From Eledone cirrhosa (lineage: Eukaryota): DNA of 64,000 nucleotides. The stretch is from positions 277,636,001 through 277,700,000 of the forward strand of contig OZ024740.1 of NCBI GenBank assembly GCA_964016885.1. Direction: 5' to 3'. Shown in pieces: positions 1-11,329 of the stretch (positions within the stretch are counted from its first letter, which is position 1; the number at the start of each line of letters is the position of its first letter). Both the position numbers and the translations under genes were made by a program. The notes under the pieces were generated by a model. That model searched no databases. It was not told the origin of the DNA and worked only from the letters and a program-made list of their open reading frames with translations.

Positions 1-1930
1 ACTGTAGAGCATGCTGAGGCTTGGTGTGCCCCTACGTTTTGTTGAATGGTTGTCGACATGGTCTGAGAACCGCACCGCGAGAGTCCGTCTTAACTCAACG
101 ACAGGTAGGAGCAGAGTGTTAAAAGAAGGCCTTCCACAAGGGGCCGTCCTGCCTCCAATCCTCTTCACGGTCTACATAAACAGACTCCTAGATGGATTTG
201 AAGAATCTACGCACGTCAACGCCTACGCAGATGATCTGGCGATCGTGTGTAACGGAAGGAATAAAGATGAAGTAGCCGTCCTACTACAAAAAGAGGTTGA
301 CAAGGTAGCTGAATGGAGCAAGGAAGCTAGACAGCAGCTCAATATTAATAAATGCGAGACAGCATTTTTCTGTCTTGATGGAGCAGAGGCAAAGTGGCAG
401 CCCAATATCGCAATAGCCGGGAAGCAACTTTCTTGCAACCCTTTCCCAAAATTCATGGGCATCACATACGATCGGCAGTTAACCTTTGGGGAACATGTCG
501 AGAAGGTATGTCGAACTATCCAATCGAGAACGAACCTGCTAAAGACTGTAGCAGGAACGACGTGGGCCTGGAAGAAGGCGGGTCTTCGCCAAATCGACAG
601 TGCCGTACAACGAAGCATCACAGAATATGCGGCTCCGGGGTGGACACCCTGGTTGTCTGACACCAACATCGGCAAGCTCGAAAGAGTACAACTAGACGTG
701 GATCGAGCCATCACCTGCCAAGTCAGAACTCCCCCCCCCCCGACCGAAACTGTGCTAGCAGAATCCCAGTTACCTACGCTCTCCTCCAGATTCTCGACAT
801 TTGCACTGCTTAAAGCTGATCACTGGGCAAACCTACCAAAGACGGACAAATGGCACAAAGTTTTCAATACCAGCTACCGAAAAAGGCTCAAAAAGACAGA
901 CTGGAGAGGTACCCAATCCCAGCACCTGGCACGACTACATCTTATCCCTTCGAGACCCCTACCAAAGAACCCAGAACCTCCCCTATGGCTACCGCACCCT
1001 CCATACATGTAATCTACACCAATACCCCAAAGTCCCAAAACGCAAACCAACAACTGACGGCAGCCTTAGACACCATATCAACCCTCGCCCCGTCAGATGT
1101 TCAAATCTACACCGATGGGTCTACAAAAGAAGGTACTACTGATGGCAGAGATGGTATGGTCATCATGAAAGATGGTGCGCTTGTCCACGAGTGGCATACA
1201 GCAACAGGTGCTAGAAGTAGCTCCTTTCACTCAGAAAAAGCTGCGCTGAGAGAAGCCATCCACTGGTTACAAACCAATAACGCAAAATGGACTTCGGCGA
1301 CCATCATCTGCGACTGTAAATCTCTAGTTCAGGCAGTCGACAACTCTGCCCCCAAAGATTCCACTATAACAGAACTCCAGGCAGCAGTTAACAACCTCGG
1401 AGAAAATAAAAACCTAACTGTTGTATGGGTCCCTGGTCACTGTAATCTATAAGGGAATGAACTAGCAGACAAACTCGCAAAGCAGGGCTCCTCACTTCCA
1501 CAACCTAACACCCCTGCTGACCATGCCACGAGACAAGTTCTCAACAAAAGTGAGTGTAGACCAGCACCCTTCACCCACGTGAAGAAAACCTTCAGAAAAC
1601 CGCCGGACGAGAGAGTCGAAAAGAGAGTCGAAGGCTGATCTCACCCACCTTATCTGCTTCAGAAGTGGGCACCTTCCAGCACTTCGCAGGTGGCAGCTAC
1701 TGACTGACAAATGTGAAGACAGCACTTGCAGACTCTGCGGTGAAGAGAAGGAGGAGTCTGAACACCTCTGGCTACGATCCCCTGCATTGGCGATCGAGTG
1801 ATACCATCACCAACTCGGTACATCCTTAGAGGAATTAGTCCGTCTCCCAGTCGCATCTCTAGCGCTTCTGAAGAGGATCCTCAGGCGCCTGAGGTGAATC
1901 AACAACAACAACACAACAGCAGCAGCAACA
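1..1930 (+). mobile_element. 3' part of a non-LTR retrotransposon (I/Ingi-like): RT, RNase H and zinc finger, disrupted, with a (CAA/CAG)n tail
   Basis: ORF 11-1012 has RT motifs GLPQGAVLPP and YADD. ORF 850-1452 has RNase H motifs IYTDGS, ICDCKS and WVPGH, continuing past a TAA as GNELADKLAK. Downstream CRLCGEEKEESEHLW ends in LRRLR* near 1896, followed by caacaacaac repeats. Confidence 0.9.
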
Positions 1931-2274
1931 TCTGTTTTGAAACAACTTGCAATAGTAACAGTAACAATATGGGTGAGGGTAAATAGTGCAGAGGCGTGTC
2001 CTTCACATTTCATACAAATGCCGTGGTGTTTAACACACATAGTATCATGTGTTGAAAACAGATTTGATATTATCGAAGCATTTATCAGACCGAATCTCCT
2101 GCTTAATACTTCCAATAAGATTAGTTGCTCGAAATCTTTGAACAACATAGATAGTGGGCATCCTTTTCCTCTGGAATTGTCTATATAGACCGAAATATTA
2201 ATATCTTGCTTGTTGTTTTAAGATCTTAAACAAACCAAGAATGTGATATTGCTTATTAATTACTTAGATAATTG

Positions 2275-2451
2275 GTTCTACTTTAGGCACGAGGCCAGCA
2301 ATTACCCAGCACATTACTGGTACTTTATTTTATCGACCCCGTAAGGATGAAAGGCAAAGTTAACCTCGGCGGGATTTGAACTCAGACTGTAAAGGGACGT
2401 AACTATGCTAGAAAGCATGGCGTCCAACCCTCTACCGATACTGCCAATTCA
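2275..2451 (-). mobile_element. tRNA-derived SINE family A (Nin/Deu-like central domain, octopus-type)
   Basis: Reverse strand has box A TGGCAGTATCGGT, box B GAGTTCAAATCCC and central GCCTTTCATCCTTACGGGGTCGATAAAATAAAGTACCAG. More than ten similar copies occur in the window. Confidence 0.85.
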
Positions 2452-2513
2452 CTTAGATAATGGAAGTTGATTAGATTTTTTAACTCACCATATTTCGTAT
2501 ATAAGTCCCTGTT

Positions 2514-2526
2514 GTAGTAGTAGTAA

Positions 2527-2585
<59 letters not shown>

Positions 2586-2610
2586 ATAGTAGTAGTAGTA
2601 GTAATAGTAG
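2514..2610. repeat. (TAG)n microsatellite
   Basis: Directly visible. Confidence 0.95.
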
Positions 2611-3599
2611 AAATTGTAGCTGTTTGAGCACGTGACAGCAACAATAAAAGTTGAAGTCAATTTTCTCTCCTATAAAACATAAATTAATATTGAAAAGGAT
2701 ATTTAGTTTAAATTATGCAGACGTCAGTTTACACAGAATATATTTGTCAGAGAAATTATTATTAGGAAATAATTCTTAATAAAACAAAATGCGGACATTT
2801 TAAAAGTTTTTTATTTAATTAGTGACTCTCCCAATATTAACAGTCTAATGATTGCAATTCCTAAATAATAATGAAGATTCCATGCAAAACCATGATGATT
2901 TGTTATTCTTATTTCCTGACAAATTAACTTTACTTTTGCAACAATTCAAAGCTTCCTCCCTAAAGGGTATTTATACATGTCTAAGTGTACACATAGGCGT
3001 CTCTGTGTGTGCGTGTATGTATCTTCATGTGTGAATATTTTATTACAATTCCTAAAATGTGGTGGATTGTCAAACTCGTTAGAATTGCTAATATGAGAAA
3101 TTGCATATTAAATTATAGGGAGGTGAGTTAGAATATGTATTGAGCGTCTGTCATCGTTAATGTCTTAAATATATTGACATTTCACCTTTATATTATCCGT
3201 TTATATTCTACTGCTATAAATACTGTCCCCCATCTAAGTTAGTGCTGTTAAAATATATCCCAGTCATACGAATATAGAATTCAGAAACTTAAATACGTCT
3301 CTGAAGAGATTGAATTGAAAGATGTTACATTCTTCATTCCTTTACTTTGGCTCTGGAATGACAATCTAGTACATAAAAATATACATACATAAATATATAC
3401 ACACATAATTAGATATACACATAAATACATACATATACACCCAAATATACCCATACATATGTATACCACCAATTCCCTCACCAACAGTGCCACAGATTAT
3501 ACATCACAACTAAACTCTAGCACCTTTATACACATCGCTAACGAACAATGGATAATATTAAAAGAAACAATAGTATCACAACTAAACGCTATACTTTAT

Positions 3600-4580
3600 C
3601 GAAATTCCGCACCAACACACGCATAGTTAACAAGTTCCTTCCAGAATCCTTCTAACTTAACTCGTTATATATAACTATCACAAATACTTAATAAAAACAT
3701 CTCCTAGCTTTCTTCCGGCAACCTTATATAATCGTAAGTCAATCACACATAGGAAAACAGAGCAAAGATATTTTTACAACCTTCAAAACATTTCCATCAA
3801 GCGAGGTTCCACTAGGAAACAGATCCAAAGTAACCAGAATTCAACAGCACCTCAACCTTCAGCATAACGTCCATGCTATATATCTTACTTCTCAACATAT
3901 TGCAATTTTGATGGTCTTGTTCGTGCCTGAGACTCACGAACGCTAGGCTCAAACTCACGAATGCTAGGCTTTTTTTTAGAGGCGGCCTTTAGTCACCTCG
4001 TCATAGCTATATCACTGGGTTGTGAGAGTTTTCTTAGAAGCAACAGGCATTACACATTGCTTCATCTCACCTAGTACTTCACCGCTGTTGGTCTGGGGTT
4101 GATTATTTGTCTGGCAGATGTGCGCTTATATCGCAACTACCATCATATCTGGTGGCTGTACGCCACCAACGACCCGATCTATAGCATTACACATAAACGT
4201 AATTGTAGAGACATCCAATAACCATATCCCCAAAGATGACATATACCAACACAAATGCCAATTAAACAAGGGAAATAGCTAACCAGATACAAAATAAAAC
4301 AAACCCGAAACACAATTCCCAAACACAACAGAAATAAAAGTCAGCATTAAACAACTATCCAAGGAAATGATAAAAGAGTATACTATAAAAAACTGTAAAA
4401 TATTTGAATCTCTACTAAGCCACAAAGGCAACAACTACCATCGTACCTCATGCTTTATTAACATACTTAAGTAACTACACTACGACCTTAAGCAAACACC
4501 TTTATACACATTTCTCAATAGTCCAACATCAAAAATCCGCATCAAGAACGAAAAACATAAATAAAACTACGTAGGATCCT
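3600..4580 (+). mobile_element. Possible highly decayed LINE RT remnant
   Basis: A/C-rich strand with a GVPQG-like trace (gaggttccactagg, ~3803). No intact ORF. Confidence 0.25.
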
Positions 4581-4757
4581 CGTAGACGATGAAGGAGGTC
4601 CCTTGCTTCCATCTATATATACATATTACTAAAAGTCTATGACGAAAATACATTGAAAGGAAGTTGCCCTTGAAATGTAAATACAAATGGGATAAAACAA
4701 GCTTTGTGTCATTTAAGCACGAGTTCCCGAGATATGGGGCTATCTGGGTACCTTCAT

Positions 4758-4761
<4 letters not shown>

Positions 4762-4834
<73 letters not shown>

Positions 4835-4928
4835 TAGTGGTTGTGAGAGAGTAGATTGAAAGAGAGACATAGAAGTAGGGAAAGGAGACAGAGAAGGAGA
4901 ATGGAAGAGAGAGAGCTAGTGGTGTTTT

Positions 4929-5003
<75 letters not shown>
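4762..5003. repeat. (GA)n and (TA)n microsatellites
   Basis: Directly visible. Confidence 0.95.
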
Positions 5004-5006
<3 letters not shown>

Positions 5007-5840
5007 TTAAAACAATGAAATAAATAATCAAGTCATTAGAGATATACTTCACTGCTTTACGATCGTTTCTAGATGGTGATAATACATTGTATCTATACTC
5101 AGTTATGTAAGTTTACAAACTATCAGATAGAGAGAATATTTACTGACATGCATATCACCAGCTGTTTTCAAAAGCAATAATAATTTTATTCAATAATAAT
5201 TTTACTCAGAATTAGTAGCATGTTAGTATCATGTCCATATTTGGAGGTAGTTGAAGAACTAATGAATCAAATTGTTTTTTTCATATGGTGTTAAGATGAA
5301 AGGTAATACACTTTAAGTTGAGGTCATGACCCTTTGAAAGGAATGGTTGAAGGGTGTTAGTAGAAATGGCATAAAAATCTATTAGGAAAGAAGGGGATTG
5401 TCAAACTGATAGTTGAATGTATCTTGTATAGTGAATTTAAAAGGAATGTCAAAATAAATGGTGATTAGTGTTGTATTGAGTTTTAAGGTGAATATAAATT
5501 AATGTTATGGCTAGGAAAGATAGTATATTAAAAGATGAAAATTATAAGATAATGAGATATAGTAATGCCATAATATACAACTTAACCAACACAATATAGT
5601 ACGGTGTGGTAAATTGCACTCAGTATAATATAACATATTATACGCACTAAAATATTACTAAGTATGTTTATGCATAAACAATCAAACTCAGATAAGTAGA
5701 TGTTGGCATAGTTAAAACACATACATTTCATAGTCTACAAAGTGCATATATCCACACCACATATAGAGAGAGGTACAGTTATATTGATATCTAACCAAAA
5801 TATACATACGTGCAAATAGATGCAAACCTAAATACACATG
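5004..5840 (-). mobile_element. Probable PLE 3' UTR/terminal repeat with a decayed hammerhead-like motif
   Basis: Minus strand reads tagat...atcta GAAA CGATCG TA (palindromic stem III). It shares ctgatagtttgtaa...ctagaaacgatcg with the PLE terminus at ~11528-11606 and abuts (TA)n. Confidence 0.45.
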
Positions 5841-5941
5841 TACACACATGCATATAATCATATATATACATATCCATACATATCTATATCCACACATACA
5901 CATCTATATATACATATACATATACATATATACATATACAT

Positions 5942-5996
<55 letters not shown>

Positions 5997-6067
5997 CATA
6001 CATACATACCTATATACATGTACATACATATACACACACACATACATATATACATACACATATACAC

Positions 6068-6114
<47 letters not shown>

Positions 6115-6119
<5 letters not shown>

Positions 6120-7834
6120 TGAGAACAGAACACAACCTTTCGTGCCCAGGAAACCGAAGATCAATATGAAGGACCACAAGAGGAATTTTGAGATTGACCT
6201 GCCAGTTAGATTGATCGCACCTTCAAAATCGGACCTGGGCAAATTAAGCAAAAACATTCTTGACAGGGTGATACTGCAAATTAAGAACTTGGATTATGTA
6301 TCTAACCTGAGCTTGTGGAAGGGAACTGGAGAGGTTGTTGAGTGGTTTAGGCAAATTAAATATGACAATAATAATAGGTTTATTCAACTTGATATAGCTA
6401 ACTATTATTCTTCTATTACCCCTAGTCTACTAAATAAGGCACTAAATTACGCATTCAAACATACGGACCTAACTAGCAAAGAAATGCATATTATATTATC
6501 GGCTAGGAAAACTTTGATAGAATTTGACGACAAATTATGGACCAGAGCAGATAGAGATAGCAATTTTGACATAACTATGGGATCTTCCGACTCAGCTCAA
6601 GTAACTGACCTTGTGGGCTTATTTTTAATCAATTCGCTACATAGGAAAATACCTGGTACTACCGGAGGTTTATATAGGGATGACATGCTTTTACTTATTA
6701 ATAATAATAACCCTGAACTAAATAGAAAATGTAAACAAATTACAAAATTTTTTAATTACTTTAACCTTAAAATAGAAATTGAGAACAACCATAGAATAGT
6801 CAATTTCCTAGATATAACATTAAATCTCAACACATGTCTCCACTATCCTTTTCACAAGTTGAATGAGAACTTAAACTATGTCAACTTTAACTCTAACCAC
6901 CCCAGATCTGTCAAAAACACTATAGTAAACTCAGTCCAAAAACGTATCTCTAGGATCTCGTCGAATAGAAGGATTTTTGACGAAAAGGCCCAATACTATA
7001 ATGATGCACTAGCTAGGGCAGGGTATGCTGATAAGATTGTGTACATAGATAATGATAAACAAACTAAACAAAGTAACAACTTTTTTAATTATGGCAACAA
7101 CATTAACAACTATAATAGAAAGCATTACAATAATTCCAAAGGACAAAAAAGAAATAGAACTAGGAACATATTTTGGTTTGCCCCCCCCTTTCTCACTAAA
7201 CATTAAAACCCACATCGCTAAATTATTTTTCAAAGCTCTTGATAATCGCTTCCCTAGAACACATAGGTACCACTCAATCTTCAATAGGCATACAATTAAA
7301 TTAACCTACTCATCCACCAAAAATTTAGCACAAAATATTAATAGAATAAATAATAGGAACTTAAAACCTACTGATAATAGCATAAATAATATACAAGTTA
7401 ACAAATGTAACTGTAGAGATAGATCTAAATGTCCGTTAAATAACAACTGCTTAGTCAAAAATATAGTATACAATTGTAATGTTAATACTGACTCTAATTC
7501 TTTTAACTACGTCGGTTCCACATCGACGGAATTTAAACTTCGCTATAATAACCACAAGAATTCTTTCACAGATCCAAATAAAAAATCTTCAACGACACTA
7601 TCAGGTGTACTCTGACAACTTAAGCTAGATAACGTTAGATATTCGACGGCTTGGAATATAGTCTCAAGAGGGATTCCTTTTAATTCATCCTCTGAGACAT
7701 GTGACCTCTGCGCAGAGGAGATATTCTTTATACTAAAATCTAAAAATTCCCTTAACCTACGGACAAATTTATTCAGTTGTTGCAAACATAGATTAAACTC
7801 AACGTTTAAATATAAATTTAAATTTAAAATGTAG
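6115..7834 (+). pseudogene. PLE RT-GIY-YIG polyprotein, disrupted
   Basis: Frameshift in the C-run at ~7181-7188 (WFAPPF), in-frame TGA at 7613-7615, natural end TAG at 7834. The N-terminal part of predicted ORF 5848-7206 is microsatellite. Confidence 0.88.
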
Positions 7835-7929
7835 TATATTTAGTTTGATTTATATTTATATGAGAACTAGCCGATAAATCTTTTGATTCCTAAATCTTTG
7901 ATTCCCTCTTTTTACTCTTTTTATTGTTT

Positions 7930-8600
7930 ATTTTATTTTATTTATTTTTTTTTATTTTTATTTTTATTTTTATTTTTATTTTTATTTTTATTTTTATTTT
8001 TATTTTTATTTTTATTTTTATTTTTATCTAAACATTCCTCATGAAAAATTAAGCTACCCTAAAAGCCGATGCTCCAAATTTTCTGAATTAACCTTACACT
8101 TGATAAACTTATACATTAAATATAGGAACATATGTAGACATTATTGGACATCTTAATCTTTTTTGCGATATTCCTTGCTAGATGTGATTTGATAGATAAT
8201 TTTTGGCTTTGTCTTGTAGTGAACTTGGCAATATATTGTCAATTAACCTTGAAGGGTTGTTCTTTGTGGTTTATTTTTATTTTCATTTTTATTTTTATTT
8301 TTATTTTTATTTTTATTTTTATTTTTATTTTTATTTTTATTTTTATTTTTATTCTTTTAGTATTGTAGTATTCTATAATATTTTTATATTTTTATTTTTT
8401 ATTTTATTTTATTTTTATTTTTATTTTTATTTTTAATTTTTATATGTAAATTTTTTTATATGTAAATTTTTATTTTTAATTATCTTTATTTATTTTTAAT
8501 ATTTTTATTTTTAATATTTTTAATATTTTTATATGTAAAGTTTTAATACGTAATATTTTTAATACATAGTATTTTTAATATGCAATATTTTTATTATGTA
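7930..8600. repeat. (TTTTTA)n and degenerate T-rich repeats within the PLE 3' UTR
   Basis: Directly visible. Confidence 0.85.
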
Positions 8601-9480
8601 ATATTCTTTCGTAATATTCTTTTTTAGTTTTCTATTCTATATTTTTATATTTTTATATATTTTTACTTATTATCATTATTATTGTTATCTCTGCTTATAA
8701 TATAATATATATTTTCGATTAGTATATTGAAATCTGCTCTCTATTTCTGCTTGATAGATAATCTTGTAGAGTAATCGCAAGAATAATAATATGCTCAAAT
8801 TTTTATACCACATTGAGAATGTTTTCCGGGAACTTTGAATTTGCGGAGTGAATCAGTTGGATTCACATAGACATATGAATTTTTTTTTAAAACTAAACAT
8901 AAGATAATGAATTTTCACGCATTGTGAATACTTGTTTCATTCAGAAATACTGATATTTACAATATAGTGTAAGTTTTATAAATACTAATACATTAAAACA
9001 TAGGGTTTTCTACGCCTCGAATATGTCTGGCTATTTTTTTAATTTTTCTCTCTCTATATCTCTCTATATCTCTCTATATATCTCCCTTACATTAATACTT
9101 GAGCTAAATAAATAAATAAATAAATAAATAAATGCATCATTGATACACTTACTCAAAATGACCTCCCACTACCTAATTTTTCTATATCTATATTTATATA
9201 TGTATCTATCTCTATTTCCTCTCTCTCTCTATATATATATATATCTCTTTCGGTCTCTTTACATGAAGCTCTTCGCTTTATCTATTTTTCCATCTCTCTA
9301 TTTTGTCCCATGCATTTCTTCTTTTTCTTCTTTTTCTTCCTTTTCTTCGTTTTGTCTTTCTTTCTTTCTTATTTCCCTCTTTTCTCTCTCTCTTTCTTTC
9401 TCTCTGTATTTTCACTGCTAGAGTGAACCTCTTCAAATGAAGTTGATGTTTATTACGGTATGTCGAATATATTTATCTAT

Positions 9481-9587
9481 AAAACTGTTTATATTGTATT
9501 TTGTCTTATGAAGGCATAGCATATTGTTAATATGATATCCCCGAAATATATATAATGAAATAAATATGGTTTTATAAATATAGTTTT
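9481..9587 (+). ncRNA. Type I hammerhead ribozyme in the PLE terminal repeat, core mutated (CTTATGA)
   Basis: Essentially identical to the motif at 41086-41192 except CTGATGA>CTTATGA at 9505-9511. Confidence 0.65.
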
Positions 9588-9690
9588 CCATTTATTTAAT
9601 ATTGTAAATATACTCCAAGTATTTGTCGAGTGCTTTTATATCAGTTATAAATATTTACTAGTTGTAACCCAACAATTTTAAATATAACTT

Positions 9691-9750
<60 letters not shown>

Positions 9751-9755
<5 letters not shown>

Positions 9756-9792
9756 ATACTTTGGGAGGGTCATGTTGCTAAACAAATTCAGA

Positions 9793-9797
<5 letters not shown>
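9751..9797. mobile_element. Minimal two-ended PLE terminal-repeat remnant in (TA)n
   Basis: ttgttatactttgggagggtcatgttgc matches the left end of 37738-38220 and ttgctaaacaaattcagaaac matches its right end. The two are joined at TTGC. Confidence 0.8.
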
Positions 9798-9829
<32 letters not shown>

Positions 9830-10045
9830 CCACACACACACACACATACACATATATGTATACACACTTGTGTGAGTATATGTAAACTCCTCTTACATGT
9901 GCACATACTCATGTATAAACATTCATTTTAATGTTTTATTGTTTTCTGAGATTTATCTTAACCTACAACATTTTCAACATATGGATTGCATCGAGTTCTT
10001 CATGCAGAATAGACCACACAACTTACAGTGGATACCTCTGTGTAT

Positions 10046-10232
10046 GGTGGATTGGCAGTATCGGTAGAGGGTCGGACATGCTTTCCAGCATAGTTACGTC
10101 CCTTTACGATCTGAGTTCAAATCCCGCCGAGGTTGACTTTGCCTTTCATCCTTACGGGGTCGATAAAATAAAAGTACCAGTAATGCACTGGGTAATTGCT
10201 GGCCTTGTGCCTAAAGTAGAAACAATTATTAT
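10046..10232 (+). mobile_element. SINE family A
   Basis: Boxes A and B, central domain and (ATT)n tail. Confidence 0.85.
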
Positions 10233-10235
10233 TAC

Positions 10236-10266
<31 letters not shown>

Positions 10267-10920
10267 TAGCCTAAGAAAATATCCATATGCGTGTGTAATT
10301 TATACAAGCATATATTTATTTTTTTATTTTCAATTGAGTTCTTAAACACGTTGGATTGATAATGTTTTTAAAAAAACTAATTAACCCGCGTGTATATTAT
10401 TTTTTTTCCTCATTTCGTGGATTGTGGGTTGTCTCCCCTTCCCGCTTCATGTCGCTATGATACTTCCTCAGTCAAAAACTGCTGGAATTTCAAATTTGGC
10501 GGTCAATCGAGGTGAGAGAGAGCAACTTTACGGGCACGATTTTTGACAGCGGTAAGAAATTGTTTTCTTATATCAATGTTTAACGGGCTTCCACTGATGA
10601 TTTATAAGTGCCCACCTAAATATATTCTTACATGAATATATATTAGGCTTCTACATAAACTGGAAACATTCTCCCAACTTGTAGAAAACTTATAATGAAA
10701 CAATTGTTTGGAAAGAGAGATATACTTTAACTTTAATTATATCTCATAAAATAATACAACTGGTTTTTCCACATTATACATATTGTTAGCACTCCAAACA
10801 CTTAAATTGGGTTTATATTTTAATATAACCTAATGTTTGTTGAGTGAGATGGTTACCAGTCAGAGTTTAGCTTTAAACTATCTCTGTTATTGTATTAATT
10901 ATATATATATATATATATAT

Positions 10921-11096
10921 AACGAAGGAGTTGTGATAAGGAACCAGATGGACCATAACGCACCAGAGTACTCAATACTTAGGGTAGTAGAGTAGATAAT
11001 AGGAAAATGTATGTCCCCGACGGCAGAGCTCAAGCTAGTCCAGAAATAGCCGTCGAAACGGCTTGAGCTCTGCCGTCGGGGACATACATTTTCCTA
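10921..11096. mobile_element. Short inverted (head-to-head) terminal-repeat insertion in (TA)n
   Basis: Arms 11000-11035 and 11061-11096 are reverse complements. The same family recurs at 21137-21290 and 49409-49511. Confidence 0.75.
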
Positions 11097-11154
<58 letters not shown>

Positions 11155-11252
11155 AGTGTGTGTTTATATATATATGTGTGTCTATATGTGTGATTGTGTC
11201 TATGACCAATGTATATAGATCACAGACACCCACATTTATATATACACACACT

Positions 11253-11329
<77 letters not shown>

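Larger units (their letters stand above)
6115..9694 (+). mobile_element. 5'-truncated Penelope-like element (Naiad-like): RT, GIY-YIG, long 3' UTR and terminal repeat, flanked by (TA)n
   Basis: RT motifs [41 protein letters not shown] and FLDITL. Linker CNCRDRSKCPL, then NIVY...YVGST...RYNNH, CDLC and CKH. The terminus 9415-9694 is repeated at 40748-41210. Confidence 0.92.

Noticed and set aside
223-714. Antisense ORFs over LINE, Helitron and mariner coding regions
   Set aside because: They are shadow ORFs of transposon reading frames with no independent motifs.
7613-7615. In-frame TGA in the Naiad-like ORF as possible selenocysteine (reported for some Naiads)
   Set aside because: It aligns to the conserved Trp of the LS..IW.LK motif (compare LANKIWHLK at ~61150), not to a Cys. 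The copy is also frameshifted, and I could not identify a SECIS element.
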